Origin: an uncultured delta proteobacterium
Lineage (GTDB): Bacteria > Myxococcota_A > Polyangia > Fen-1088
Length of the DNA stretch: 64,000 nucleotides
NCBI GenBank assembly: GCA_963737265.1
Contig: CAVTRY010000013.1
Span: forward strand, 128,001 to 192,000
Reading direction: 5' to 3'
The position numbers and the translations under genes were made by a program. How positions within the stretch are numbered: position 1 is the stretch's first letter; each line of letters starts with the position of its first letter. The notes under the pieces were generated by a model. That model did no database searches, was not told the origin of the DNA, and worked only from the letters and a program-made list of their open reading frames with translations. Shown piece by piece: positions 40,549 through 50,267 of this stretch.

Positions 40549-41751
40549 CTACGTGACGTCGAGGAAGATCAGCCCCGGCGTTTCCAGCGACGCCTTCATC
40601 TCGGCGACAAAGGTGGCGGCGTCGTAGCCATCGACCAGCCGGTGATCGACCGACATGGAAAGATTCATCATGTCGCGAACGACGATTTTGTCGTCCACCA
40701 CCGTGGGTCGCTTGGCGATCTTGTGGATGGCCAGAATCGCCACCTCGGGGTAGTTCACGATGGGCGTGGCCACGATACCGCCCAAGGAGCCGAGGCTGGT
40801 GATGGTGAACGTCGAGCCGCCTAGGTCGCGCGGGGAAACGCGCCCGTTCTTGGCCGCCACCGCCAGCCGCTCGACTTCCTTCGCCAGGTCGAGCAGCGAG
40901 CGCCGATCGGCATGCCGGATCACCGGGACCATCAAACCCTCGGGCGTCTGGGCCGCAATGCCGATGTGATACTCGCGGCGCTGAACGATTTCGCCCGCGG
41001 GCTCGTCGAGGGTGGCGTTGAGCTGGGGATGCTTCTTCAGGGCTTCCACCGCCGCTTTGACGAAGAAGGGCAGGTAGGTCAGCTTGAGGCCGTGCCCGGC
41101 CAGCCTGGCCTCGGCCTTGCCGCGCAGCTCGACCAGCTCGGTGCAGTCGATTTCTTCCACGTAGGTGAACTGCGCGACCTGGCGCTGGGTTAGCACCATG
41201 TGGTCGGCGATCATGCGGCGCACGCCGCGGAAGGGAATGCGCACGTCGCCGCTTGGCACCGAGGAAATGCCGGGCGTCGGCAGATTGTCGAAGGTGTCGC
41301 TGGTGGCGGATCCGACCTTGGCTGCGCGTACGTCGGCCGCGGTAATCTGACCCCCCGGGCCCGAGCCTTTGACATGCGCAAGGTCGACACCGAGCTCGCG
41401 CGCAAGGCGGCGCGTGGCGGGCGTGGCGAGCCCCCCGCCAGCCGCAGCCAGCGCATCGGACGAAGCAGCCGCTGCCTTGGCCGTCGCCAACTCGGGCGTC
41501 CTGTCGGCATCGATCACCACCTCGATCACGATCAGAACCTCGCCCACCGGACAGCGCTGGCCTTCCTTGAAGCGCCGTTCGAGCACGCGCCCCGCGCGCG
41601 GGGTGGCGATTTCCACGGTCGCCTTGTCGGTCATCACCTCGACCATGGGCTGGTCTTGCATGAGCACGTCGCCTTCCTTGACCAGCCAGCGGACGATCTC
41701 GCCCTCGGCCATGCCTTCGCCAATATCGGGCAGCTTGAATTCGTAGGACAT
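40549..41751 (-). CDS. Dihydrolipoamide acyltransferase E2
   Basis: Lipoyl domain EVMTDKATVE; ATPATRRLARELGVDL subunit-binding domain; DHRLVDG. Confidence 0.93.
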   Translation of the reverse strand: MSYEFKLPDIGEGMAEGEIVRWLVKEGDVLMQDQPMVEVMTDKATVEIATPRAGRVLERRFKEGQRCPVGEVLIVIEVVIDADRTPELATAKAAAASSDALAAAGGGLATPATRRLARELGVDLAHVKGSGPGGQITAADVRAAKVGSATSDTFDNLPTPGISSVPSGDVRIPFRGVRRMIADHMVLTQRQVAQFTYVEEIDCTELVELRGKAEARLAGHGLKLTYLPFFVKAAVEALKKHPQLNATLDEPAGEIVQRREYHIGIAAQTPEGLMVPVIRHADRRSLLDLAKEVERLAVAAKNGRVSPRDLGGSTFTITSLGSLGGIVATPIVNYPEVAILAIHKIAKRPTVVDDKIVVRDMMNLSMSVDHRLVDGYDAATFVAEMKASLETPGLIFLDVT

Positions 41752-41759
41752 GATTTCTC

Positions 41760-42749
41760 CTAGCCGGTGGTGACCTTTTCGACCGCGTCGAGAACGCGAT
41801 CCTTGTCGGGCAAGTAGTCGGGTTCGAGCGTGTAGGGGAATGGGGTATCGAAGCCGGTCACGCGCAGGATGGGCGCTTCGAGGTAGAGCAGGGCGTGCTC
41901 TTGAATGGACGCCGCCAGCTCGGCGCCGAAGCCGCAGGTGCGCGGGGCTTCGTGGACGATGACCACACGGCCGGTTTTCTGCACTGACTGGAGAATCGCT
42001 TCGAGGTCGAAGGGCAGGAGCGTGCGCAGATCGATGACTTCGATGTCGTAGCCCGCGCCGGCGCCTTTCTCGGCTGCTTCCATCGCCGTCGGCACCATGC
42101 CGCCCCAAGCGAGAAGAGTGACGGATCGTTCGGAGCGCGCGGCTGCCCGGCGCACGATCTTGGCTTGGCCGATGGGCACGGTGTAGTCGCCGGCCGGAAC
42201 TTCGCCGCGGCTGGTGCGGTACAGGCGCTTGGGTTCGAGGAAGATGACAGGGTCTTCGCCGCGAATAGCGGACGCAAGCAGTCCTTTGGTGTCGGCTGGC
42301 GTGGACGGATAAACGACCTGCAGACCCGGCGTGTGGATGAACACCGCCTCGGGCGATTGCGAATGGTAGTGCCCGCCGCGTACACCGCCGCCCGCGGGCA
42401 TGCGAATCACCACCGGCGCGGTGTACTCGCCGCCCGAGCGATAGCGTATCTTGGCCAGCTCGTTCACGATCTGGTCGAAGGCTGGGTACACGTAGTCGGC
42501 GAACTGGATTTCCGCCACGGGTCGCAGTCCGTAGAGCGCCATGCCGATGGCGGTGCCGACGATGCCGTTTTCGGCCAGCGGCGTGTCCATGCAGCGGTCG
42601 GCGCCGAATTCCTGCTGCAAACCCACCGTGGCGCGAAAGACACCACCGAAGCGGCCCACGTCTTCGCCCAGCACCACGACGCGACTGTCGCGTTGCATTT
42701 CCACGCGCAGGCAGTCGTTGATGGCCTGGATGATGTTCATCTCGGGCAT
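41760..42749 (-). CDS. 2-oxoacid dehydrogenase E1 beta
   Basis: GEDVG..GGVFR, EIQFADY, HSQSPE, FLEPK, IDLRTL. Confidence 0.93.
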   Translation of the reverse strand: MPEMNIIQAINDCLRVEMQRDSRVVVLGEDVGRFGGVFRATVGLQQEFGADRCMDTPLAENGIVGTAIGMALYGLRPVAEIQFADYVYPAFDQIVNELAKIRYRSGGEYTAPVVIRMPAGGGVRGGHYHSQSPEAVFIHTPGLQVVYPSTPADTKGLLASAIRGEDPVIFLEPKRLYRTSRGEVPAGDYTVPIGQAKIVRRAAARSERSVTLLAWGGMVPTAMEAAEKGAGAGYDIEVIDLRTLLPFDLEAILQSVQKTGRVVIVHEAPRTCGFGAELAASIQEHALLYLEAPILRVTGFDTPFPYTLEPDYLPDKDRVLDAVEKVTTG

Positions 42750-42829
42750 GTCTGGGATCCTTTGTGTTCGGGTCGAGCCGCACGGGATTATGCCAGGTTG
42801 GCGAAGGAATCAAGGGGTATGCGCGGCGA

Positions 42830-43086
42830 GCCGGTCTGAAAGTGGCCACCCGCTCGAGCGGCTGCGGCTCCGGCCGTTGCCGCCGCGCCCGCGCCGCCGG
42901 CATGCACGAGCGTTCAGACCGGTGACACGATGCCTGTCGGCGGCCCACCCCAGGCCGCCCACCGTGCGGCTCCTCCTTCCCGTGGGCCTGGAAAAGAGCG
43001 TGCCGGGCGACCTCATGGCGCTGGCCAAACACCTGGCTTCGCACGAGGCAAGGGGCTCGAAGGGCGTACGACCTTTCCCGGCCGGC
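42830..43086 (+). ncRNA. Candidate rod-shaped structured RNA (unassigned)
   Basis: Nested end-to-end complementarity found by eye in the intergenic region; TATGCG at 42818-42823; strand uncertain. Confidence 0.4.
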
Positions 43087-43111
43087 CAGGGCCCACTATG
43101 ATGCGCATCTC

Positions 43112-43936
43112 GTGTCCGCGACGCTTCCGCCTGGCTTGGGCGACAAGTCACCCATCTTTACCCTCGGCAGGGGGCCGGCCGTGCTGTGCCTGCACGGATT
43201 CACCAGCACGCCCTACGAGGTTGCGCCCTTGGCGCATGCACTAACAGGCGCGGGATTTTCGGTCTCTGCGCCGCTGCTGGCCGGCCATGGTGACAGCGCG
43301 AAGACCTTGGCAGCCACGCGCTGGCAAGACTGGCTGGCGTCGGCTGAAGAGGCGCTCGATCGCTTGCGCGGCGCCGCCGGTGACGTCCCGCTGGCGCTGG
43401 CTGGGTTCTCCATGGGCGGGCTGCTAGCCTTGCGCTTGGCCCGCTTGCGGCCGCACATCATCTCGGCGCTGGTGATCATGTCGGCGCCGCTCCGCCTGCG
43501 CGCCTACCAAGTCGCCGTGGCCCGCGCCTGGACCCATTTGCCCCGCTTTTTGCGCGACGGCCCGCTGGCCACCGTGCGCAAACGCGGCGGTAGCGATGTC
43601 ACCGACGAAAGTGTGCGACGGGAAAACCCCGGACTTACCGAAATGCCGATCGCGGGAATCGTCGAGCTGACCCGATTGGCGCGAGTCGTGCGCGGCGATC
43701 TGAGTTTCCTGCGCCTGCCCACGCTGATCGTGCACGGCGAGCTCGACCGCACGGTTCCGCAGCGCGACTCCTTCGAATTGGCGGGCAGTTTGGCCTCCCG
43801 GGTCGTGGAACGTCTTTGGCTGCCCCGCTCGGGCCACCTGGTCGCCGTGGATGTGGACCGCACCTTGCTGTGCGAAACGGCGGTGCGCTTCTTGACTGAG
43901 TACACACGCGTGCGCGCGAGCGAGGTTCCGTCATGA
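43112..43936 (+). CDS. Alpha/beta hydrolase (carboxylesterase / monoacylglycerol lipase-like)
   Basis: LHGFTS, GFSMG nucleophile, DRTV, SGH. Confidence 0.88.
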   Translation: MSATLPPGLGDKSPIFTLGRGPAVLCLHGFTSTPYEVAPLAHALTGAGFSVSAPLLAGHGDSAKTLAATRWQDWLASAEEALDRLRGAAGDVPLALAGFSMGGLLALRLARLRPHIISALVIMSAPLRLRAYQVAVARAWTHLPRFLRDGPLATVRKRGGSDVTDESVRRENPGLTEMPIAGIVELTRLARVVRGDLSFLRLPTLIVHGELDRTVPQRDSFELAGSLASRVVERLWLPRSGHLVAVDVDRTLLCETAVRFLTEYTRVRASEVPS

Positions 43937-45402
43937 AAGAAGAGTTCGTCCTGGCGATCGACCAGGGAACCACCGGCACCACTGGGCTCCTGCTCGACGA
44001 GAAGATGGAGGTTCGCGGCAAGGGCTACCGCGAGATCCCGCAGAGCTACCCCGCGCCGGGCCTGGTCGAGCACGACCCGGAGGAGATCTGGCGGTCGGTG
44101 CTGGCCGTCGTCGCCGATGCGCGCGCGCAAGCACCTTTGGGCACCGTCGTCGCCATCGGGGTCACCAACCAGCGGGAAACCACCGTGCTGTGGGAGCGAG
44201 CCACCGGTCGGCCCGTCGCGCCCGCCATCGTGTGGCAAGATCGGCGCACCACCGATCGCTGCGATGTCCTGCGTCGGGCGGGGCTCGAGCCCACGTTCCA
44301 AGCCAGCACCGGGCTGCGCCTCGATCCCTATTTCTCCGGCACCAAGATCGCCTGGCTGCTGGACAATATCCCGAACCTGCGCGCTCAGGCCGAGGCCGGC
44401 GCGATCGCGTTCGGCACCGTGGACAGTTTTCTCGCGTGGCGCCTTTCCGGCGGCAAGAGCCACATCACCGATGTCTCGAATGCCTCTCGCACCCTACTCT
44501 TCGATCTTGACCGGCTCGACTGGAATGCGGACTTGTGCCGTCTTCTTGGCGTGCCCATGGCCATGCTTCCGCGCGTCTGCCCGTCCGCGGGGGCGCTGGC
44601 CATCACCCGCGGAGTCGATGGAATTCCCGATGGCACGCCCATAAGTGGCATCGCGGGCGACCAGCAGGCCGCGCTGTACGGTCAGGGCTGCCTCGACCGC
44701 GGCGACGCCAAGTGCACCTTCGGGACCGGCTCATTTCTCCTCATGAATGTGGGCGACAAGCCGGTCGTGTCCCGCCACCGGTTGCTCGGCACGGTGGCGT
44801 GGCAAACCTCGCAGGGCACGACTTACGCGCTGGAGGGCAGTGCGTTCGTGTCGGGCGCGCTCGTGCAGTGGCTGCGCGACGGGCTCGGCATCATCGAATC
44901 CGCCGCCGAGGTCGAATCCCTGGCGGCATCCGTCCCCGACTCCGGCGGCGTGACCATCGTGCCGGCTTTTGCCGGATTGGGCGCCCCGCACTGGCGGCCT
45001 GAGGCGCGCGGGATCATTTCTGGAATTTCGCGCGGAACCACCGCGGCCCACCTAGCACGGGCCGCTCTCGAAGCCATGGCCATGCAGAACGTCGACCTGG
45101 TGCGCGCCATGGAGCTAGACGCCGGCCATTCCATCACCTCCTTGCGCGTCGACGGCGGCGCAGCGGCAAACGGCCTACTCATGCAAATGCAAGCGGATCT
45201 CTTGGGCGCGGACATCATCCGGCCCGCCATGGTTGAATCGACGGCGCTGGGCGCGGCCAGATTGGCGGCCGAGGGGTTGGGGCTTTACACTGACCTGGGG
45301 AAGACGTCAGACTTGGTAGTATCAACCTTCCATCCCCGCCTTGGCTTGTCCGAACGCGAGCAAGTCGTCAACCGCTGGCGCGAATCTTTAGCCAAATCCT
45401 GA
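43933..45402 (+). CDS. glpK: Glycerol kinase
   Basis: AIDQGTT, TNQRETT, WQDRRT, DPYFSGTK, GDQQAAL, GLGAPHW, VDGG. Confidence 0.95.
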   Translation: MKEEFVLAIDQGTTGTTGLLLDEKMEVRGKGYREIPQSYPAPGLVEHDPEEIWRSVLAVVADARAQAPLGTVVAIGVTNQRETTVLWERATGRPVAPAIVWQDRRTTDRCDVLRRAGLEPTFQASTGLRLDPYFSGTKIAWLLDNIPNLRAQAEAGAIAFGTVDSFLAWRLSGGKSHITDVSNASRTLLFDLDRLDWNADLCRLLGVPMAMLPRVCPSAGALAITRGVDGIPDGTPISGIAGDQQAALYGQGCLDRGDAKCTFGTGSFLLMNVGDKPVVSRHRLLGTVAWQTSQGTTYALEGSAFVSGALVQWLRDGLGIIESAAEVESLAASVPDSGGVTIVPAFAGLGAPHWRPEARGIISGISRGTTAAHLARAALEAMAMQNVDLVRAMELDAGHSITSLRVDGGAAANGLLMQMQADLLGADIIRPAMVESTALGAARLAAEGLGLYTDLGKTSDLVVSTFHPRLGLSEREQVVNRWRESLAKS

Positions 45403-45469
45403 ATTGCCCTGAATTGCAGCCCTCGACCAAAAACCATGTTGGCGTGATTCGCCTGATTCGCGTGCGTCG

Positions 45470-46606
45470 ATGAAGCGGCTGCTCGCCACCAAGAAAACCC
45501 TCGTGTGCGTGGGACCTGGGGGCGTGGGAAAAACCACCACCGCGGCGGCGCTGGGCGTAATCGGTGCGCGCAGTGGCCTCAAGACCTTGGTGTGTACCAT
45601 CGACCCTGCGCCTCGCCTCGCCGATGTTCTTGGCATCCCCAATCTCAGCGCCGAGCCCGCCGCCATCGCCGCCAACGCAGCGTCAGCTCTCGGCATCGCC
45701 TCCGCCGGAATGTTGCACGCCATGCGCGTCGATCCCGAGGCTGCCTTCGCCGAGCTGGTGAGAGACCAAGTCGCCGACGCGGAGCTGCGCGGGCGAATCT
45801 TTTCCAATTCGCTCTATCGCCACGTCACCACCAACCTGACCGGCTCGCAGGAATACGCGGCCACGCTCGCGCTTTACGATCTTCGCCGTTGTGGCCAATA
45901 CGACATCATCGTGCTCGACACGCCACCAACGGCCAACGCGCTCGAATTTTTGGAAACGCCCGAACGGCTCGCCGCCGCGATTTCCAGCCCTGCTTTGCAG
46001 TGGTTCGCCCGCCCCGATCCGCACGCCAGCCGCTTCTCGCTCAAACGACTGGGCGCAGGTGGCGCGCTCATGATCAGGCGCGCGGGCAAGCTCGTGGGCA
46101 GCCAATTTCTCGACGACTTGGGTGCATTTCTCCTCGACATCCGGGATGTCTTGGGCGGTTTTCTTTCCCGAGCACGCGAGATCGAGACCGTGCTCAAGCA
46201 GGCCGACGTGGGGTTCGTACTCGTCCTCTCACCCGAGACCGCCGCCGTGCGTGAGGCGCTCTACTTCGCCGGCCGCCTGCGCGAAACCGGCGCGCCGCTG
46301 TGCTGGTACGTTGCCAACCGGACCCTGGCCGAGCCGCTGCCCTGTCCGCCAGACGAGATGCGCGGCTATCTGCGTTCGTGGCCCGAGGTGCGCGACTTGC
46401 CCGCCGCCGAGCTCGATCGGTCAGCAGACACACTTGGCGGCTTACTTGCGTACCTGACCAAGATCGCGCAGGCCCAGAAGCGAGAGCTGGATCGCCTGTC
46501 GCGCGAGTCGCCCGGCATCGAAATCACGACCATCCCACTTCAGCCCCACGATGTCTCGAACCTCGAATCGCTCAAAGCCATCGCCGATCGTCTGCAGGAC
46601 GCCTGA
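45470..46606 (+). CDS. ArsA/Get3-family ATPase
   Basis: GPGGVGKTT, TIDPA, LDTPPT motifs. Confidence 0.88.
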   Translation: MKRLLATKKTLVCVGPGGVGKTTTAAALGVIGARSGLKTLVCTIDPAPRLADVLGIPNLSAEPAAIAANAASALGIASAGMLHAMRVDPEAAFAELVRDQVADAELRGRIFSNSLYRHVTTNLTGSQEYAATLALYDLRRCGQYDIIVLDTPPTANALEFLETPERLAAAISSPALQWFARPDPHASRFSLKRLGAGGALMIRRAGKLVGSQFLDDLGAFLLDIRDVLGGFLSRAREIETVLKQADVGFVLVLSPETAAVREALYFAGRLRETGAPLCWYVANRTLAEPLPCPPDEMRGYLRSWPEVRDLPAAELDRSADTLGGLLAYLTKIAQAQKRELDRLSRESPGIEITTIPLQPHDVSNLESLKAIADRLQDA

Positions 46607-46636
46607 AGAACTGTCCAAAAATTGGACAGTTCTTCA
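46604..46636. repeat. Perfect palindrome at the ArsA stop, first of several hairpins
   Basis: tgaagaactgtccaa aa ttggacagttcttca. Confidence 0.7.
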
Positions 46637-46715
46637 GCAGCCGAGCCAAGGGCTCGGCCGCAGGTGGGGTGAAGTCCGCGAATTTACTTCGCGGACGAGG
46701 GGAGGGCAGCGGCCC

Positions 46716-48144
46716 CATAGGCATTAACCCAAAAACTTGCGATTTCTCCAAGAACGCCCGCATATGCTCGGGATGGACAACATAGCGAAGGACAGCACCA
46801 CGGGCGACTGGCCAATGATTGCGGCGCAGCTTCCATCCGGATGGGAGGATCTGGCGGTCGAGATGGGCGTGGTCTACACGAAGTTTCCGGCGCACATGGG
46901 CACGAAGGTGACCGAGGCGGCACATTTGCTGCAGCCGATTCTGTACCAGGTGGCGACGAACTCGTCGCTGGCCGTGACGGTGGCGATGGCGGCGGCGGCC
47001 GGGGTGATCAAGATGTCGGCAGTCGGGCTGCACAAGCGAATGAGAACCATTGGTCCCTACCTGGCGCGACTGGTGACGCTGATGACGGATGCCGAGGCTT
47101 CGTTCGCAGCGGAGCGATGGGCGGGCTACGACGTGGTGATCGTGGACGGCTCTTCGGTGTCGCGGCCAGGAGCCGAGGGCACCACGGCTCGCGTTCACTA
47201 TGCGCTGCGCTTGAGCACGTTGCGGCCTGTGCAAATCGAGGTCACGGATGACAAGGGCGGCGAGACGTTCAGAAACTTCGATGCCGAGGCGGGACAACTG
47301 TGGATGGGCGACCGCGGCTACTCGAACCCGCCTGGCATAGCGGCGATCATGGCGGCGGATGCCGACGTACTGGTCCGATACAACCGTGGCTCGCTTCCTC
47401 TGTACGGCATGAACGGGCAGCTACTCGACGTTCAGCGAATGCTGGCTCGCCTCAAGCATCCGGGGGTTGCACGCGAATGGTACGCAGAGGTCCATCCGCA
47501 GGGTGGCAAGGCGATCGCTGGCCGGCTGTGCGCGTTGCTCTTGCCGCCCGACAAAGCAGAGGAGGCTCGGCAGCGCGCGCGACGGGAACAAGGTCCGTCT
47601 GTGACTGAGGAAACCCTTGCGGCCGCGCAGTACGTGGTGGTGTTCACGACCGTACCGAGGTCGCGGCTGACCGCCGCCCTGGTCATGGAACTATACGGCC
47701 TCCGCTGGCAAATCGAGCTTCACATCAAGCGGGACAAATCCATCGCAGGGCTCGAACCGACTGCCCAACTTTCGCAACGACACTGTCTATTCCTGGATTT
47801 GCGCCAAGATGCTGCTTACCCAGATCGCCCGCAAACTTGCTACACCCAACGTGGCTATTCCCCCCTGTGGAGAACTCGACTGGTTCGGCATCCGACGAGC
47901 CGCAGAAAGGCGTCAGGGCCGGACTCAGGCGATCAAAGCACCGGGTCGTAGCCGAGCCATGGCGTCTCATGACCGTCCTCTGGCAAACCGTATGCGCGGC
48001 GCTCACGCCGATCAGCGCCAGTCGGTTTCCCGATTTCTTGCAGGCATTCCTTGACCACCTTCAACTCCAAGTCCCGCGCAAGCGTCTACGCAGCGCCGTT
48101 AAGTTCCAGCAACATCTTGCGGAGGAATTGGGTTAATGCCTATG
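46716..48144 (+). mobile_element. IS4-family insertion sequence
   Basis: 17-bp perfect IRs cataggcattaacccaa / ttgggttaatgcctatg; 11-bp target duplication ggcagcggccc (46705-46715, 48145-48155). Confidence 0.92.
46773..48136 (+). pseudogene. IS4-family DDE transposase, frameshifted near 47755 and again near 47860
   Basis: IVDGS, MGDRGY, LYGLRWQIELHIK (YREK signature); C-terminus split over frames. Confidence 0.85.
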
Positions 48145-48300
48145 GGCAGCGGCCCTCCCTTCAAAAATCTTCAAGACGGGTCCATTTATGGACACGTCTT
48201 GAGCGCGGGTATTGTTGTGTGCCTCCGCCATTCCCGCTTTTCCGACCGGATTTTGGCAAACGAGCTAAACTTCTTGCGCGAAGAGACGATTTATTGCGGC

Positions 48301-50229
48301 ATGAGGCAACCACTGCCACCGGTGATCGCGGTCGACGAAGCAAAGTGTGTCAACTGCCATGCCTGCATCTCCGCGTGCCCGGTCAAGTACTGCAATGACG
48401 GCAGTGGCGACACCATCAAGCTCGATCACGACCTGTGCATCGGATGCGGCCAATGCCTCAAGGCATGCACCCACGGAGCTCGCCTGCCCATGGATGACAC
48501 CGCGGCTCTTCTCAAGGATGCTGAAAGGCACATCCCCATGGTTGCCATCGCGGCCCCCGCCGTGGCCTCTTCGTTTCCCAACCAATACCTGAACCTCAAC
48601 GGCTGGCTCGCATCGATCGGGGTCGAGGCCGTGTTCGACGTCAGCTTCGGGGCCGAGCTGACCATCCGCTCGTACCTCGAGCACCTCAAGGCCAACCAGC
48701 CGAAATTGATCATCGCCCAACCCTGCCCGGCGCTCGTCAGCTACATCGAGATCTATCGCCCCGACCTTCTGCCCTATCTCGCTCCAGCGGACAGTCCGAT
48801 GATGCACACCCTGAAGATGATCCGCGAATACTACCCGCAGTATCGCTCGCACAAGCTGGTCATCCTGTCGCCCTGTGTGGCCAAGAAGCGCGAATTCGTC
48901 AGTGTCGGCATCGGCGACTACAACGTGACCCTGCATGCCTTGAAGCAGCACTTGACAAAGCACCGTATATCTCTCCACGCATTCCCCAAAGTCGACTTCG
49001 CCAATCCGCCCGCCGAGCGGGCCGTTCTGTTTTCGACGCCGGGCGGACTGCAACGCACGGCCGAGCGCTGGAATCCGGCCCTGCGCAACATCACGCGCAA
49101 AATCGAAGGGCCGCATGTCGTCTATCACTATCTGGACCATTTGTCTGCCATGGTCGACAAGGGTAAGGCCCCGCTGCTGGTTGATTGCCTGAACTGCGAT
49201 TTGGGGTGCAACGGCGGAACTGGAACCGATATGGCCGACGCCTCGCCCGACGAGGTGGAGTTTTCCATCGAAGAGCGCAATCAGGAGATGCAAGGGAAGC
49301 ACAAGCGGGCCGGATTCTTCACCGCGGCCCGCACCCGCCGGGCACTCGAAAAGATGGTCGACCGCTATTGGAAGCCAGGACTTTACGGCCGTTCTTATGC
49401 CCGCAACTCGGACGTGCAGCATCTAAACAAGCCGTCGCCGGCGCAATTGGAAGCTATCTACGCAACGATGCATAAGCACAAGCCGGAAGACAGGCAGAAC
49501 TGTTCGTCGTGTGGTTACGGCTCGTGCGACAAGATGGCGACGGCGATCCACAACGGGCTCAACCGCCCCGAAAACTGCCATCACTTCCTGCGCACGACTT
49601 TGGACGAGGAAAAGGCGCACACCGAGCAGAAGGTGCGGGATCGCACGCGCGAGCTCAACGAAATCGGGCGAGCCCAGCGCGAATCCTCGCAGCGTCTGGG
49701 AAGTGAGCTCACGACCGTCAGTAGGGCGGCGGAGGAGATGGCCCAAACCATCACCGACATCTCGACCAGCGCCGACAAAGCGCGTGCCATAACCACCGAT
49801 GCGGTGGAGAAGGCCGAGAAGGTCGTGACGGTCATGGAGGGGCTCGGCAAAGCGGCTGCCGACATCAGTAAGGTGACCGACGCCATCAACTCGATCTCGG
49901 CCCAAACCAACCTTCTTGCCCTGAACGCAACCATCGAAGCGGCCCGCGCCGGCGCGCTGGGGAAGGGCTTTGCCGTGGTCGCCAACGAAGTCAAAGAGCT
50001 CGCTCGTCAAGCGGCCACGGCGACCGACGACATCCGGGTCAAGATCAGCAGTGTTCAGGCATCCACCTCGAACGCCGTGGAAGGCATTTCCGGCGTGGCA
50101 GGCGTCGTTCGCGATGTCAGTGCAATCGTCTCGACGATTGCGGCCGCTATCGAGAAGCAATCCAGAGTCACCGAAGAGATCGCGACCAATATCGCCCGCG
50201 CCTCCGCCGAAGCCGCCCAGAGGGTTTAG
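48301..50229 (+). CDS. [FeFe]-hydrogenase-like sensor fused to an MCP signalling domain (group C2-like)
   Basis: Two 4Fe-4S motifs; [27 protein letters not shown] (variant P1-P3); [10 protein letters not shown]; [17 protein letters not shown]; no TM segment. Confidence 0.88.
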   Translation: MRQPLPPVIAVDEAKCVNCHACISACPVKYCNDGSGDTIKLDHDLCIGCGQCLKACTHGARLPMDDTAALLKDAERHIPMVAIAAPAVASSFPNQYLNLNGWLASIGVEAVFDVSFGAELTIRSYLEHLKANQPKLIIAQPCPALVSYIEIYRPDLLPYLAPADSPMMHTLKMIREYYPQYRSHKLVILSPCVAKKREFVSVGIGDYNVTLHALKQHLTKHRISLHAFPKVDFANPPAERAVLFSTPGGLQRTAERWNPALRNITRKIEGPHVVYHYLDHLSAMVDKGKAPLLVDCLNCDLGCNGGTGTDMADASPDEVEFSIEERNQEMQGKHKRAGFFTAARTRRALEKMVDRYWKPGLYGRSYARNSDVQHLNKPSPAQLEAIYATMHKHKPEDRQNCSSCGYGSCDKMATAIHNGLNRPENCHHFLRTTLDEEKAHTEQKVRDRTRELNEIGRAQRESSQRLGSELTTVSRAAEEMAQTITDISTSADKARAITTDAVEKAEKVVTVMEGLGKAAADISKVTDAINSISAQTNLLALNATIEAARAGALGKGFAVVANEVKELARQAATATDDIRVKISSVQASTSNAVEGISGVAGVVRDVSAIVSTIAAAIEKQSRVTEEIATNIARASAEAAQRV

Positions 50230-50267
50230 ATTCCATCCAATGGCCCGTCGGGTACGATGCGAGCAAA

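Noticed and set aside
41752-43044. Extension of E2 to 831 aa
   Set aside because: Overlaps E1 beta in another frame; the lipoyl domain begins at 41751.
42830-43086. SRP RNA, tmRNA or riboswitch assignment
   Set aside because: No clean SRP helix-8 motif, no tRNA-like ends and no aptamer recognisable by eye; left unassigned.
48136-48300. N-terminal extension of the hydrogenase-MCP ORF
   Set aside because: Its ATG lies inside the IS inverted repeat; the likely start is 48301.
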